Shown here one piece after another: positions 39,801-52,058 of a stretch of DNA of 64,000 nucleotides. The number at the start of each line of letters is the position of its first letter. The first letter of the stretch is position 1. Made by a program: the position numbers and the translations under genes. The notes below the pieces were generated by a model. It made no database searches. It was not told the DNA's origin and saw only the letters and a program-made list of their open reading frames with translations. Source of the stretch: Vicugna vicugna (Eukaryota); the NCBI GenBank assembly GCA_013265495.1, contig MU058444.1, positions 744,001 through 808,000 of the forward strand. Direction: 5' to 3'.

Positions 39801-40599
39801 TTACAGATTCTAAATAAATTGTACTTCAAACACAACTGCCTATAATATATATGACACACATATCTATACATGTGTTGCATCATTTTCCAATTTAGAATTT
39901 TTATCTCATTGTTGAAAGAAATCTGAAGTGAGATTGACATTGAATATGGGTATTTTAATTTTCAAAGGAAATTGTTTGCACATTTAGTTAGATGAAAATA
40001 AAAGGACTCTATTTTTGAAGCATTTTAAAAGCCTAAAATTTAAAAATATATTTCAGCCTCAGAATGGCAGGTGGAGTCCCTGGCAAGCAAAGGAATTCTC
40101 TTTTCTTCTGCTTAAATGTGTTCTCGAAATACTTGATTAGCAACATCTCTTGACTCCCCTGCTAGGGTTCCCTGGGGCGGGTGATTATTCCGGCAACGAA
40201 GAGCGTCAGCATTTTGCCCTGGCTTTTCCCTTAGTGAGTAACACGGGACTTTTTTTTTTTTTTTAAGACAAAGCAGTTCTTCTGAACGGGTTTCCTGAAT
40301 CTGTGATTCCATCAGACGTGGGCAGGGCAGGAATTTTCTTTCCTCAGCTCAGAATTAGCGAGCTTGGCTGTCAAACCAGTTCTACCTGCCTGCAATCTCA
40401 TGCTCAGGGCGGGGACCTTAACCTCATCTTTCCACCCGCTTTAAAAAAAAAAAAATCATTGGCGAAAGCGAGAGTCTGACTACAACCATATTCAGCCCCG
40501 CTAGAGATTCTGCCGGAGGCTCAGAAAGAAATTATGATAAACACTCAAAGTCCTTGACATCAACGACCAGCGAGCTGGCAATTCAGAAATACTGACCTC

Positions 40600-40706
40600 G
40601 ATATATGCATGTTCATGTGTGACTGAAGCACTGTGCTGCGCACCAGAAATTGACACAACAGTGTAAACTGACTGTAATTCAATTAAAAAAAGAAAAAAGA
40701 AAAGAA
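40600..40706 (+). mobile_element. Very short (about 107 bp) L1 3' end insertion with TSD
   Basis: 3' UTR tip plus (A)nG tail; TSD AGAAAT(A)CTGACCTC at 40585-40599 and 40707-40720. Confidence 0.88.
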
Positions 40707-41729
40707 AGAAATCTGACCTCAAAGAAATCTTGGCCGTCACGTGGAAGGGTCTATGTTACCTTATCGGAGTGACTGAATCATTAAAGGATGTCAAACGCAG
40801 GGCAATTCAGGCACAGAATGAAAAGCACTTTTTTTTTTCTCATTACAACGAGCTGTCTGGTGGTGGGAGGGCACACCTGAGGAGTGGAGGTTTGAATTAA
40901 AGACTACTAAACTTCTATCCATTTGGTGTCAGAGACTAAATATCTTGTCTATCATTTCTCAAGCTTGATTCTCTGTGAGAAGTGAATAAGCTTTTTACAA
41001 TAAAAAATCGGTTCTCCGGTTAATTTATCTTTAGGGAACACAAAGCCATAGTCCTTTTTTCAGACATATAGTGCACATTAGTGTATTAATTTTTGAAAAG
41101 GCCTATGTTTTAACCAAATGCTTTCCAAATATTTCCAACCACAGCACTGGCTTTTGACTTTAGCTTGTTTTCAAAGCTTTTTGGAGAAAGGTTTTGTGTT
41201 GTTCTCTGTGAAATTCTGCTTAACTTCTTAAGGACACCAGACACATAATATAAAGGTTTCAGGATCATATGCTGCCCTGATGATATGTATTTTCTAAGGA
41301 ATATGCTAAATTCCAGTGGTCAGCACACACCAGCTCTTAAAATGTGTGTGTATGTTTTTAAATACCAAGTTGTCACGACTTCCTTCGGGAACGAAGTGCC
41401 CATATAATATTTATCTTCGAAGCTGTGATACATAATTCAAAATCCTTTACAGTAAGCCCATAACATCCTGACAGGTAGCGTGTGGCTCAGATAAACGCTC
41501 TGCTCAGAGGGAGGACGATACTGTTACCTGCCCAGAGCCACTGCGCCTGGGAGAAGGGAGGGGTCCTTATTTCAAGGCAGCCACACACCCTGTTATTGTA
41601 AATGCTACTCATGAACATTGATGCAGTCAGTTCAGCATAAAACAGGAATAATCGTGAACTTTCTTTGAAGGACGCTAATGCAGACTTCATGAATCAGCTG
41701 CTGTCATAAAAGTAACTCCCTAGAAGCGA

Positions 41730-41975
41730 TGTGTTCTCTTAAACTGGATCCTGGAACATATAAAAGACATTAGTGAGAAAAAAAAAAAGGTAAAATCCAA
41801 ATTAAAATCGTAATTTAGGTTAAAGTGTTGTGAGAAACCAACTTTCTTAGTTTTGAAAACTATACCATGATCTGGGAACATGTTCATGTTAGGGGAAGGT
41901 AGTCAAAGGGTGTACATGAACTTCAATATCTTTGCAAATTTTCTAATTAACATTATTCTATTTTTAAAAAATTAA
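41730..41975 (+). mobile_element. Old L1MC/L1ME 3' end
   Basis: ctggatcctggaacatataaaagacattagtgag and gttaggggaaggtagtcaaagggtgtacatgaac. Confidence 0.7.
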
Positions 41976-43084
41976 TCAAATACAAGGAAAGAAGTATTTG
42001 TTTCTATTTAATCATCCTGGGAATCATGGTTTTTGCTTTTCAGTGGGTTAGATATAAGCAAACAAGATGTAAAGAAATTTAAAAACAAAATTATAAAAAG
42101 ACGCCGATGAAGCATTATTTCTTAAACATTAAGAGATGGAGGGAGGGAGGTAATTTTGTCCTTGGCACCAGAATTCTTCTAAGGGAGACGACTCTTTTTT
42201 TTTTTAGGAATATCCCTTGATAAGTTTAAAAGACAGAGCCTGAGAGGACAGTCAAGCCAAAAGAAGAGTTAAAGGACTCTGCATGACATTCAATTTGTTT
42301 TTTGGTTTGTAGAGGAAGGCAGAAAACACAGAGATGATAAGGAGAGATGACAAGATCCATTGATGGAGGATCCCGCCTCAGCATGGTCTAGACAGCAGAG
42401 CTTAGACCTGGACCAGAGGTAAAACAAATAATTCTGTCAGGAAATTAAGTCCTTTGCATTAGATTCCAGAGTAGTGACAACTCAAGTTACCTGAAATTTC
42501 ACCTATGAGAAGATTTTAAGCCCCGATTTTAAAATTTATAGAAAAAAAAAATGCCATTCAGTTACTTTGAAACCTTGTCTTTCCACGTCACTTTCTTTGA
42601 TAAACCCATTAAGCAAAATTTGAGCTCATGGGTCCCTGGACCTTGGCGTAATGAAAATGCGGGGTAGGTGGTTGTCCACTGAGGACCTATGATGCCTTAA
42701 TGGCTTCACCACAGAATCATATTTAATTCTTATGGAATCCCTGCAAAGTTTGGCTTATCAGTCCCATCTACAGGTAAGGAAAACGAGCAGCTCATGAAGT
42801 GTATGTTTTCCTGATTCTGAAGACGATGTAGGTTCCTTAGATGGAAAATCGGGAAATGCATACAAATATTTTCTAAAGTAATTCAAAATAACTGCTATGG
42901 TACCCCTCAGAGGTAAGTATTGTTGACTTTTTACAACTTGTGTCTTCCTATATTCATACGTTTTCTTCAGGACACAGAACACACGGTTTTACATCTTCTT
43001 AATGTACTTAAAATTGTAGTCTGAGCATTTTCCTTTGCCATTATACTTCTAGGAAATACTATGTTTGATCACTAGTAATGACAT

Positions 43085-43560
43085 CGCTGCATCCTGTCCC
43101 TCCAAATGCGGTCCCCAATCTAATTGTGAGAAAACATCAGATAGACCCTCACTGAGGGACATTAGACCATATAACTGGCCAATAGGTTTTACAAACATCA
43201 GGTTCATGGAAGTCAAAGACTGAGGCACTGGCCCCGATGGGAACAGGGACTAAGACATCATGCCAACTCACGACAACGTGGGTTCTAGACTCAATCCCAC
43301 ACCAGAAGACACATATCAGCAGGGCAGGTGGAGAAATTCGGCTGTGGTCTGTAGATCTGACAACAGTATCACATAAATGCTAATCTCCCCCCTTAGATAA
43401 CATAACCAGCGCTGCAGAAGATGTTAACGTTAGGGGAGCCGAGTGAGGAATTTACAGAAGCTCCACGTGACACTCTCACAACTTTTTTGGTAAGTCCAAA
43501 ATTATTTCAAAGCTAAATTGCAAAAGTAAGAAAAAGAAAAAGAAAAAAAAAGACAAAAAT
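43085..43560 (+). mobile_element. Old L1MC4-like 3' end, nested in a minus-strand L1ME relic (about 42850-43800)
   Basis: aatctaattgtgagaaaacatcagatagacc, gatgttaacgttagggg and aaaattatttcaaa followed by an A-rich tail. Confidence 0.7.
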
Positions 43561-45798
43561 GAATCAAGCATGCTAAGCAAAAGAGAAAAATATAATTTTA
43601 TAGGGGTGTAATATTTCATTATATGGATATACCGTAATTCAATTAGTTCTCATTATTGACATTTCTTTGGCCTTTTCTTTTTGCTTGCATGTAACAGCAA
43701 AATAATAATGCAGTGTGATGTGTAATCATCACATAATAATGGGATGACCGTCCTCATAGGAAATGATGTGATGACCTCCCTTAATAATGTGATGACCTTC
43801 CTTACACAAAAGCCTTTGCTGAGATGAAAGATACTCCAACAATGAAAATGTGAGGTAGGAGAAGAGGTAAATTCATCCATGGAAAGAAAAAGGCCTGAGA
43901 AAATATGCGAAGTAGCAGCAACGCCGGCATGACCAAGCTGGAGTCAGGTTTCACAGAACAGGGTCCTCTGGGGGAGAAGTTCAAGGTCAAAGCCCTAAGA
44001 TGGGGCTGTGCTGTAGGCGGCCCCAAGGACACAGACTCCGTGCTTCGGTTGATAGCTGATGCATTGAACATTTCCCTCCAAAGTTTTTTTTCCACCTGCC
44101 TCTCTCTAATATCTAGCATGATTATTTGTGATTTTTAAAAATGGGTACCAGGGAGGTTTAGAAATCCAAAAATGTTTATGAAAATAATAGCATTATAAAA
44201 GGAAGTTGGAGTCTAAAAACAAACTCATTGTACTAAGTCCACAGAAAAGATGGCAGTTACTCATTTCAGTTTAGAATGTTGAATATTTGAAATATGTGAC
44301 CTTTAACAAGCTAAGATCCAGCTGAAAGTTAGGGCCAGAAATAGATCTACAGTCATTTGATTTTGACAGCAAGTTCTGAAAATGATTCGCTTTTTACAAT
44401 AACTGAATAAAGAAGGATGAAATTATAATAGACAAGTGCCCTTTTCTTGGATGAGATACATTCACTATTATTACTTATCTTTGACCAACACCTTACATGT
44501 TATAAATCATAAATTGGAAATGTAACCCAAATGTTGAGACATGAACTCTGTGATAACTGTTTTGAAGCCTGTTACTCTAAAAGCTTAACCTTTAGTTAAA
44601 ATTCTATGAACCTAGCTTCAAGTCATTGAAGCAAATTATCCTTGCTCTATTAATGTTATATAAATACACTATCTCTTTAATTGGCTGACTTTTCACTGAA
44701 TTTCTTAATACTCCAACTGGGTTTCCCAGTCAATACTAAGTTCTAAAAAGAATACAGTAAATTAGACTATTAGTATTTAATGTAGAGTAAACAATTTCAA
44801 CAATAAGAGACAGAGAGTTTCTATACTTCAGTTTAATCAATAGCCCCACACATTTACCTTTAACTGAGCTGTTTTTGTTCTATGCATAGGGAGTTTGAAA
44901 ACGGGTTAAAACAGGAATTAGGAAATACTTTGTGTTCCCTCCTTTTCAGTTTCCCCATCTTTTTCTTCAGAGAAATATTTAAAGTTATGATTGTCTTTAT
45001 ATAAATAGATAAGTGCTTACTTAGTTGGTTTTGAAGCCCTTGGACACAATGTTCCAATGCTCAGTCAAGGATAACCTTTGTATGCCTATTGGCCGGCGTG
45101 ACTGTGGACTGAGAAGCATCGAGCCAAATGCATGTTGTTACCTGGTGGGGCTGAAGCCCACCAGCCAAAGACCACCCCAGGGTGTGCTCTCCAACAGTGC
45201 CACACACAGTGATGAACTCAACCTGGTGGATCTCAAGGGTGTGGGAGTTCCTAGTGGTCCTTGGCTGGTGGGCATTGACCACCACTGGTAATTTATCAGA
45301 GATCAGTCCCTTTGCAGTTTAGACTCAGAGAGATAGATGGAGAGAGAGGATGTGACAGGCCCATGGTAAACTTCAGTATATCTTGGCCTCCAGCTGTCCC
45401 TACACAACAAAAATTCATAAGAAAAGAAAAAAAAAAGAAAGGAATTATAACCTTGACTTGAAAACAGGAGGTACCATGTTAAGTTTAGTTGCAGCAATAT
45501 TTGTGAGATCTTCAGATCAACCACATATTGCTCTCCAGACATCCAAGAGCAACAGAGGGAGAACCGAATCAGTACAGCATCGCGGATACATGTCGCACCT
45601 GAAACGAACGTCACCACCAATCAGTCTGCCGACAGCAAACGACACAACTGAGAAAAAGACACCAGGCTTGGATTCAGAGGAAAGGAACGTCCTTCCAGGC
45701 TGTCACATCAGCTACTTACATTACCCTGGGCTAGAAAATTTCCCCCCCTGACTCTCAACTTCTTTGTTGTCAATGCAAAAAAAGGAGCAGATTTGACT

Positions 45799-46273
45799 GA
45801 AAACAAACAACCCGATCAAAAAATGGACAGAAGATTTAAATAGACATTTCTCCAAGGAAGACATCCAGCTGGCCAACAGGCACATGAAAAGATTCTCAAT
45901 ATCGCTCATTATTAGAGACGTTCAAATCAAAACTATAATAAGGTGTCACTTCCCATCAGTCAGAATGGCTATCATTAAAAAAACTACAAGTAATGAATAC
46001 TAGAGAGGGTGTGGAGAAAAGGGAGCCCTCTTACAATGTTGGTGGGGATGTAAATTGGTACAGCCACTATGGGAAACAGTATGAAGATTCTTTAGAAAAC
46101 TGAAAATAGAGTTAGTATGATCCAGGAATCTCATTCCTGGATATATATCCTGAGAAAACTACAATTCAAAAAGACACATGCATCCCAATGTTCACAGCAG
46201 CACTATTTACAATAGCTAAGACATGGAAGCAACCTAAATGTCCATCAACAGATGATTGGATAGAGAAGATATG

Positions 46274-46314
<41 letters not shown>

Positions 46315-46788
46315 GGGATACTACTCAGCCATAAAAAAGGAATGAAATAATGCTATTTGCAGCAATATGGATGGACCCAGAGATGATCATACTAAGCAAA
46401 GTAAGTCAGACAGAGAAAGACAAACACTGTATGATATCACTTATACATGGAATTTACAAAAAAAATGATACAAGTTATATTTACAAACCAAAACCAGACT
46501 CACAGACATAGGAAACAAACTATAGTTACTAAAGGGGAAAGGATGGGGAGGAATAAATTAGAGATTGGGGATTAATAGATGCACACTACAATATATAAAA
46601 TAGATAAACAACAAGGACCTACTGTGCAGCACAGGGAACAATATTCAATATCTTTTAATAACCTATAATGAAAAAGAACATGAAAATGAATATATATATA
46701 CACATATATATGTATTTATAACTGAATCACTGCTGTACATTTGAAACTAACATTGTAAGTCAACTGCACTTCAATAAATTATTTTTTT
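45799..46788 (+). mobile_element. L1 3' fragment, older class, about 1 kb, with decayed 18-bp TSD
   Basis: TSD AAAGGAGCAGATTTGACT (45781-45798) versus AAAGGAGCTGGCTTGACT (46789-46806); ORF2 end and 3' UTR; internal (CA)18. Confidence 0.92.
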
Positions 46789-47000
46789 AAAGGAGCTGGC
46801 TTGACTAATCTTCATTTTTCTTGTCACTAACAAGGTCCTTTACCTCTAAATATTAGCTACTGGTAAAAATGCACAGGATGTTTAAAGTTTAAATAGCGGG
46901 ACCATAGTAAACAGAAAATACGAACAATCTACCAAAAATAGTCTTTCTTTTCAAATCTGAGGCAGAGACAGAATTGAGTATTTAAATAAGGAATTCCCAC

Positions 47001-47157
47001 CCATGCTACTCAAAGGATGGCCCTCAGCATCCCCTTGGAAGCTTCTGAGCACTGGAATCCCAGGGCCCTCCCCAGATTTCCAGAATCAGAACCTGCATTC
47101 TGGCAGGGTCCCCAGGTGATCTGAGCACGGGGTGATGTTGGAGAAGCAGCGCCCTAG
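47001..47157. mobile_element. MER5A-like hAT-Charlie MITE
   Basis: ctactcaaaggatgg, gaatcagaacctgcattctggcagggtccccaggtgatc and ttggagaagcagcgccctag. Confidence 0.75.
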
Positions 47158-47907
47158 GTCTCAGCGAGGAGGCATCACTCACCAATCTCACCTCGAGTTC
47201 TCAGCAGGCTTGGCTTAAGGGCCCTGAAAATGTGATTCTTCCGGCTTCTCTCTGCCCCCCACTTCCTCCTTCCCAGGAGTGGCATAATGTCCTTGGTTAA
47301 TTTTGAAGGAAACAGTGGGAGTGCCTCGTTCCGTTTCTGCCTTCTTTCGTTGGCAATTGGCTGCCAGCGGAGATCGTTAGTTCTTTGCTGTCCTCCTGGG
47401 GCACCCCCTTCCTTCCCGGAGAAGGTCTGCCTGGTCCAGCATCGTCTGTACCTTTGACTGGCTGCTTTAGGCTGCCTAGTTTCAGCTTAGATTACGAGAC
47501 GCGTCCGCCCTGGGTAAGCTATGTTCTCCAGTTTAGCCATCATCAGTAACAGAGGCGGTCATTCTTTGTCTCCTTTTACATTTTGTCCAGAGATGGGGTG
47601 TGGAGAAAGTGGTGCTATTTCAGAGAGGGCTCTGTCATCCCGACGGTCACCCACAGCCCTGAAGCTTGGTTCTGCGGTTCACTAATGATTAAACCTCTTG
47701 AATTTCCTCAATCTCCCCCCACCCCATAAAGTGAGCTGGCTAGATGACATCAGTGGTTCCCAAAGCTGGGTAAGACTTAGAACTACCCACGGAGTTGAGA
47801 GGGCAGTGTTTAGAGTTGGCACCTACAGCAGTGTGGTCCTCACATCTGCCTGATGCAAAGGTGACACGGGGGATGCAAATGTGGAGACTGTTCCTCTGGA
47901 TTTCCTG

Positions 47908-48066
47908 GTTCCTGTACTCAAAGCATGGTCTGGCTTCCTTCCGGCAGGAGCTTGCCAGAAACGCAGAGGACTTGGCCTTGCCCCGCAAGTCCTGAATCAG
48001 GATGCGCGTTTTAACAAGGGGGCCAGGTTTGTTCGTTCGCGCAGGCAGGACTGAGAAGCTCTGCCT
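47908..48066. mobile_element. MER5A-like MITE, CpG-rich copy
   Basis: tactcaaagcatggtc, gagcttgccagaaacgcaga, ctgaatcaggatgcgcgttttaacaag and tgagaagctctg. Confidence 0.7.
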
Positions 48067-48111
48067 GGTTCTGTATGTCCTTCCCACGCCGGCACAGCTG
48101 GGATCCCAATG

Positions 48112-48186
48112 CTTTCTCATTGCGCTGTCTCTGGCGCCTGGCACGTAGCAAGATGCTCGATAAACATTCATCAAGCGAATGAATCC
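48112..48186 (+). mobile_element. L2 3' terminus
   Basis: gcgcctggcacgtagcaagatgctcgataaacatt ending in gaatgaat. Confidence 0.7.
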
Positions 48187-49175
48187 ATTCTCGGTTCTGT
48201 TCGCTGGACTCTGACAACTGCTGGAACATTTGGTCAGGATGCCATGTGTTTTGTGCCGTAATAAACACAGCAACGCAGAGGCACGGATCGCTCTCTCTGG
48301 TCACTGAGAGTCAGAACAACCCTGCATCCAAAACCCCCGACCCTCTTCTGATAATTTGGACAATAATTTGACGAGAAAAATCTTCTAGGAAGTTATGCTG
48401 GTTGGTTGATCACTATTTTTCCCTCTCATTCTTTTGCCAAATTTAAAGGGCTTCTCTCGGGTTTGTGCTGCTTGACCTCATTCTGGAAGCTTTTTAAGAG
48501 CATTCTAACAGTTTTTATGACCCCCTCTCCTGGAGGCTTTCTTCGCTTGGCTTTCACGATGTAAGATTTCCTTGTTCTCCCGTCTCCAATCGCTTCTTCT
48601 TGAGCTTTTCCTACAGTCTCCTTCTTCTCAATCTTGTTTTTATAAAAACCAGTCCACCCTTTACGGCGCAGTTCAGTGATTGCTCCCAGAATGAAGGTCT
48701 GAAGTCTCTACCGTCTATAACTAAAATAAGAACAAGTCGTCATTGAATTTTTGTCTAGTCATTTTTTAATACACGGTTGGAAAGAAAAGATCAAAACAAG
48801 AACATCTTACATGCCACAACCGAGTTTTACAGGTCTGGCCCAATTTTACAGATATAGTAAATGGTTAATAAATAAATCTTGGCATCACTGGGGCCAACTT
48901 TGTTATATGGGAGAAGGAATTGGTCACAAGGGGTGATCCAAGCTGGAGAATTACCCTGCTGGGTCTTTAAAGAAACTCCAGATTCCCAAGGCTTGTTCCT
49001 GCCGTGGATATTAATTCGGGAGATCCGAGAAGGGAACACAGAACTGATATTTAAAATGAAAATATTCCCCAGGCGATTCTGAAGCATAGTCATGATTAGT
49101 ATCTACTGAAATATCCAATTTTATAGAGAAGGATGTCCTTTTGGGACAGATTCAAAAGTCTAACCAAAGATCAGT

Positions 49176-49395
49176 ATTAAATGTTAGCCACTATATATAA
49201 AAATAGATTTAAAAGTTTCTTCCATATAGCACAGGGAGCTATGTTCAATGTCTTGTAATATATCTTGTAATAACCTTTAGTGGGAAAACATGAAAACAAA
49301 TATATGTATATCCATGCATGACTGGGACACTGTGCTGCACACCAGAAATTGACACATTGTAACTGACTGTACTTCAATTAAAAAAGAAAAAAGAA
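49176..49395 (+). mobile_element. Short L1 3' UTR insertion, intermediate class
   Basis: tatagcacagggagctatgttcaat and gcatgactgggacactgtgctgcacaccagaaattgacacattgtaactgactgtacttcaat plus A-tail. Confidence 0.88.
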
Positions 49396-50962
49396 GGCTT
49401 TTCTGTTTCATTCTGCCAGCCAAACTTTAAGCAACCAAACATAATATCTGATATTTTGGGAGAAAAAAGAGAAAACGTTAGACAGAGATACAAGGCTGAC
49501 AAAATTCCTACTGGTTGAGTCCAGCCATTGCTTAATATCACAGGTACAGACTGGCCTTTGCTCTGACTGGGAATAAAATTTTGATTACATAGGTGTCCTC
49601 GTCTGAAACAAGTGAGGTAAACACGTTTCTATTATTCTTAAGATAATTATTATATCTTGTTGTTATTATAGTATCTAAGAGGGAGCATGAATAAAATTAG
49701 AATTTCCTTGCATGTAAATAAAAGAAAAATAAGACTTTATAATTTATCGGGATGATTCGCCATTATGTCTGAAATACTGGTGAGCTATTGCATTATTCAC
49801 AGTCAGGCTCAGAACATCATAAAATCTTGCCCGTGGGAGGCAACTGACATGTCATTCTGCTGCCTCCACTTGTCTGCCCTGCCCAGTGGATTTATGGGGC
49901 TCACGTCATGTGTTCTAATTCAGTTCAACAGGTGTTCTCAAACTGCCTTTTGCAAACTTGTGATCAGACAGGATTTCTTTGTCCTGTCCATTTGTACACA
50001 ACAGACACTGTTGTTCCTCGTGTCTGAAGACGAGGCAGTGGCCACAACTGCTTGCCCTGCGTGGGGATGGACAAGGTTTGGTGACCTTTGTGGCAGGACA
50101 GGTTATGCCTCTTTATTGAAAGGCGGGTGGAACATTCTGGAGCTCAGTCAGTGCTGGCTGACTGTCTTGCCAGCTGTTTATTCAGCTGATCACCACCGAG
50201 CTTCATTAGGAGAAGCTGTGCCTCAGCTTGTCCTGTTCGAGCTGATCTACACTTACTCCACTTTTCAGCACTTGATTCAATATTCCATTGGTTAACCCAT
50301 AACACATCAATGCATCTGGGAGGAACAAACCTTGCTAACTAAACCTTTACGCGTTTAAATGACTACATTGGCCCTAAGTAAATCCCCACATTTCAGAAGT
50401 ATCCGTATAATTTTTCCAAGTTTTGTAAGTCTGTACGGAACTTTAACTGTGATTTCCTTTTCCTTAGCTGACAATTCACAATGGACGCCTTTCTGATGTA
50501 GGTTCTGCTTGTGTGGCAGGGCGTTCCGTCAGGAGTAACAGCGGCTGAGTTTTGTGACCACAAGGCCGACGCAAACTCTTTACAGCCAATCTTGTTTGAC
50601 CATCATAACAACGCTACCATAGCCAAACTCATCTTCTTTCCACTTTTGCAGACAAGCAAAGCACAATTAAGTTTTAGTAACTCTCCCAAGGAGAAACATT
50701 TAATAAGTGACCAAGCTCTCTGAAGCCAACTCCGTTTGCTATAAATTCTGTGTACGTAACAATTGTTGTAGTAACCATTCCAGATGCGTTTGAGTGATAT
50801 ATTTGAAAGATCAGTCATCTAGGGAATAGGGAGAGTGAGTGACAGTTTTTCCACAATTCATTGTTACAGTGTAATCAGTAGGTCCTCACGCACTCACTGG
50901 ACAACAAGTAAGTGGGATATTCAAGAATGAACAAGAACTTATGCCTCAAGAAGCTTTTATGC

Positions 50963-51094
50963 TATTATTATTATTATTTTCGGGGGAGGTAATTAGGTTC
51001 ATTAATTTTTTTTGGAGGAGGTACTGAGGGTTGAACCCAGGACCTTGTGCATGCTAAGCATGCGCTCTACCACTTGAGCTATGCCTTCCTCGCC
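50963..51094 (-). mobile_element. tRNA-Ala-derived camelid SINE (Vic-1-like)
   Basis: Minus strand ATAGCTCAAGTGGTAGAGCGCATGCTTAGCATGCACAAGGTCCTGGGTTCAACCCTCAGTACCTCC, then CCTAATTACCTCCCCC and an (AAT)n tail. Confidence 0.9.
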
Positions 51095-51114
51095 ACAAAG
51101 ATTTTATTCTAACG

Positions 51115-51323
51115 CCATGCTGTCCAATACAATATTTACAAGTCACCTGTGGCTGTTTAAATTTGTTGAAATTAATTAGAATTAAATAAAATTAAAAACT
51201 ACATTTCTCAGTCAGACTGGCCACCTAAGTGTTGAGTAGCGACATGACAAAGGGCTGCTCTATCATACTGCAGAAGGCAGATACAAAGCATTTCCATCAT
51301 AATAGAAAATTCTACGGGCACTG
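51115..51323. mobile_element. MER3-like hAT-Charlie MITE
   Basis: tgctgtccaata, agtcacctgtggctgtttaaattt and catttccatcataatagaaaattcta. Confidence 0.7.
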
Positions 51324-51927
51324 GTTAGTTGGAACTCTGTGTAATTAACCATCTGAGTGAAAACTATGTCAAGTGAGGCAACGTTTTCTGATTGGACACG
51401 GTTGGCAAGAGATAATTCAGTCTTTGCTACGTTGAAATTTTAGCATATCGATGAAGCCTTCAAAGCCAATATGGTAGTACAGAACAACATTGCCGAATGC
51501 ACTCCACTCAAAAGAAGAGGCGGGCACACTAGAATTCGGTGTGGGCCACTGGGATTGCAATACAAATTCTCCTTTTAAAGTGATGTTGAAACAAGAGCAA
51601 CGTCTGCTGTGTGTTGCAGTGTGGGGGCAGGTGGGGAGCGCAGTCTTCTTCGAAGAAGGTCGTCGAAAGATGGTTCATCTCAAAGTATTCTAAATTAAGG
51701 CCATTGCTCTCAGCTAATCTTCAACAGCCATAAAAGGGCTAAACACAGCCATGACACATTAACGGCCACTGTTCCTCATTTAGGAAACCAAAGGGCATCA
51801 AATCAAATTAAAATGCATCATCTCTGCTGCTGCTTCTAGTGCTGTGTGTTGCGGAACTTCCTTCTTTAAACTTGACCTTCTGTGACTCTTCCTTGCATAA
51901 TGGCCAGTTCACTTGATCAGAGGTTGA

Positions 51928-52058
51928 TTTTGGGGTGGGAGGGGGAAATGATTAGGTTTATTTCTTTCCATTTTTTTTTAATGCAGGTACTGGGAACTGA
52001 AGCCAAGACCATGGGCATGTTAAGCACATGCTCTACCACTGAGCTCTGCCCTCCCTAC
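51928..52058 (-). mobile_element. tRNA-Ala-derived camelid SINE (Vic-1-like)
   Basis: Same head and tail; TSD ATCAGAGGTT(G/A)ATTTT at 51916-51931 and 52059-52074. Confidence 0.88.

Noticed and set aside
41380..41391. TTCC-TTCG-GGAA hairpin with a UUCG-type tetraloop
   Set aside because: Only a 4-bp stem, expected by chance, with no surrounding RNA-gene features.
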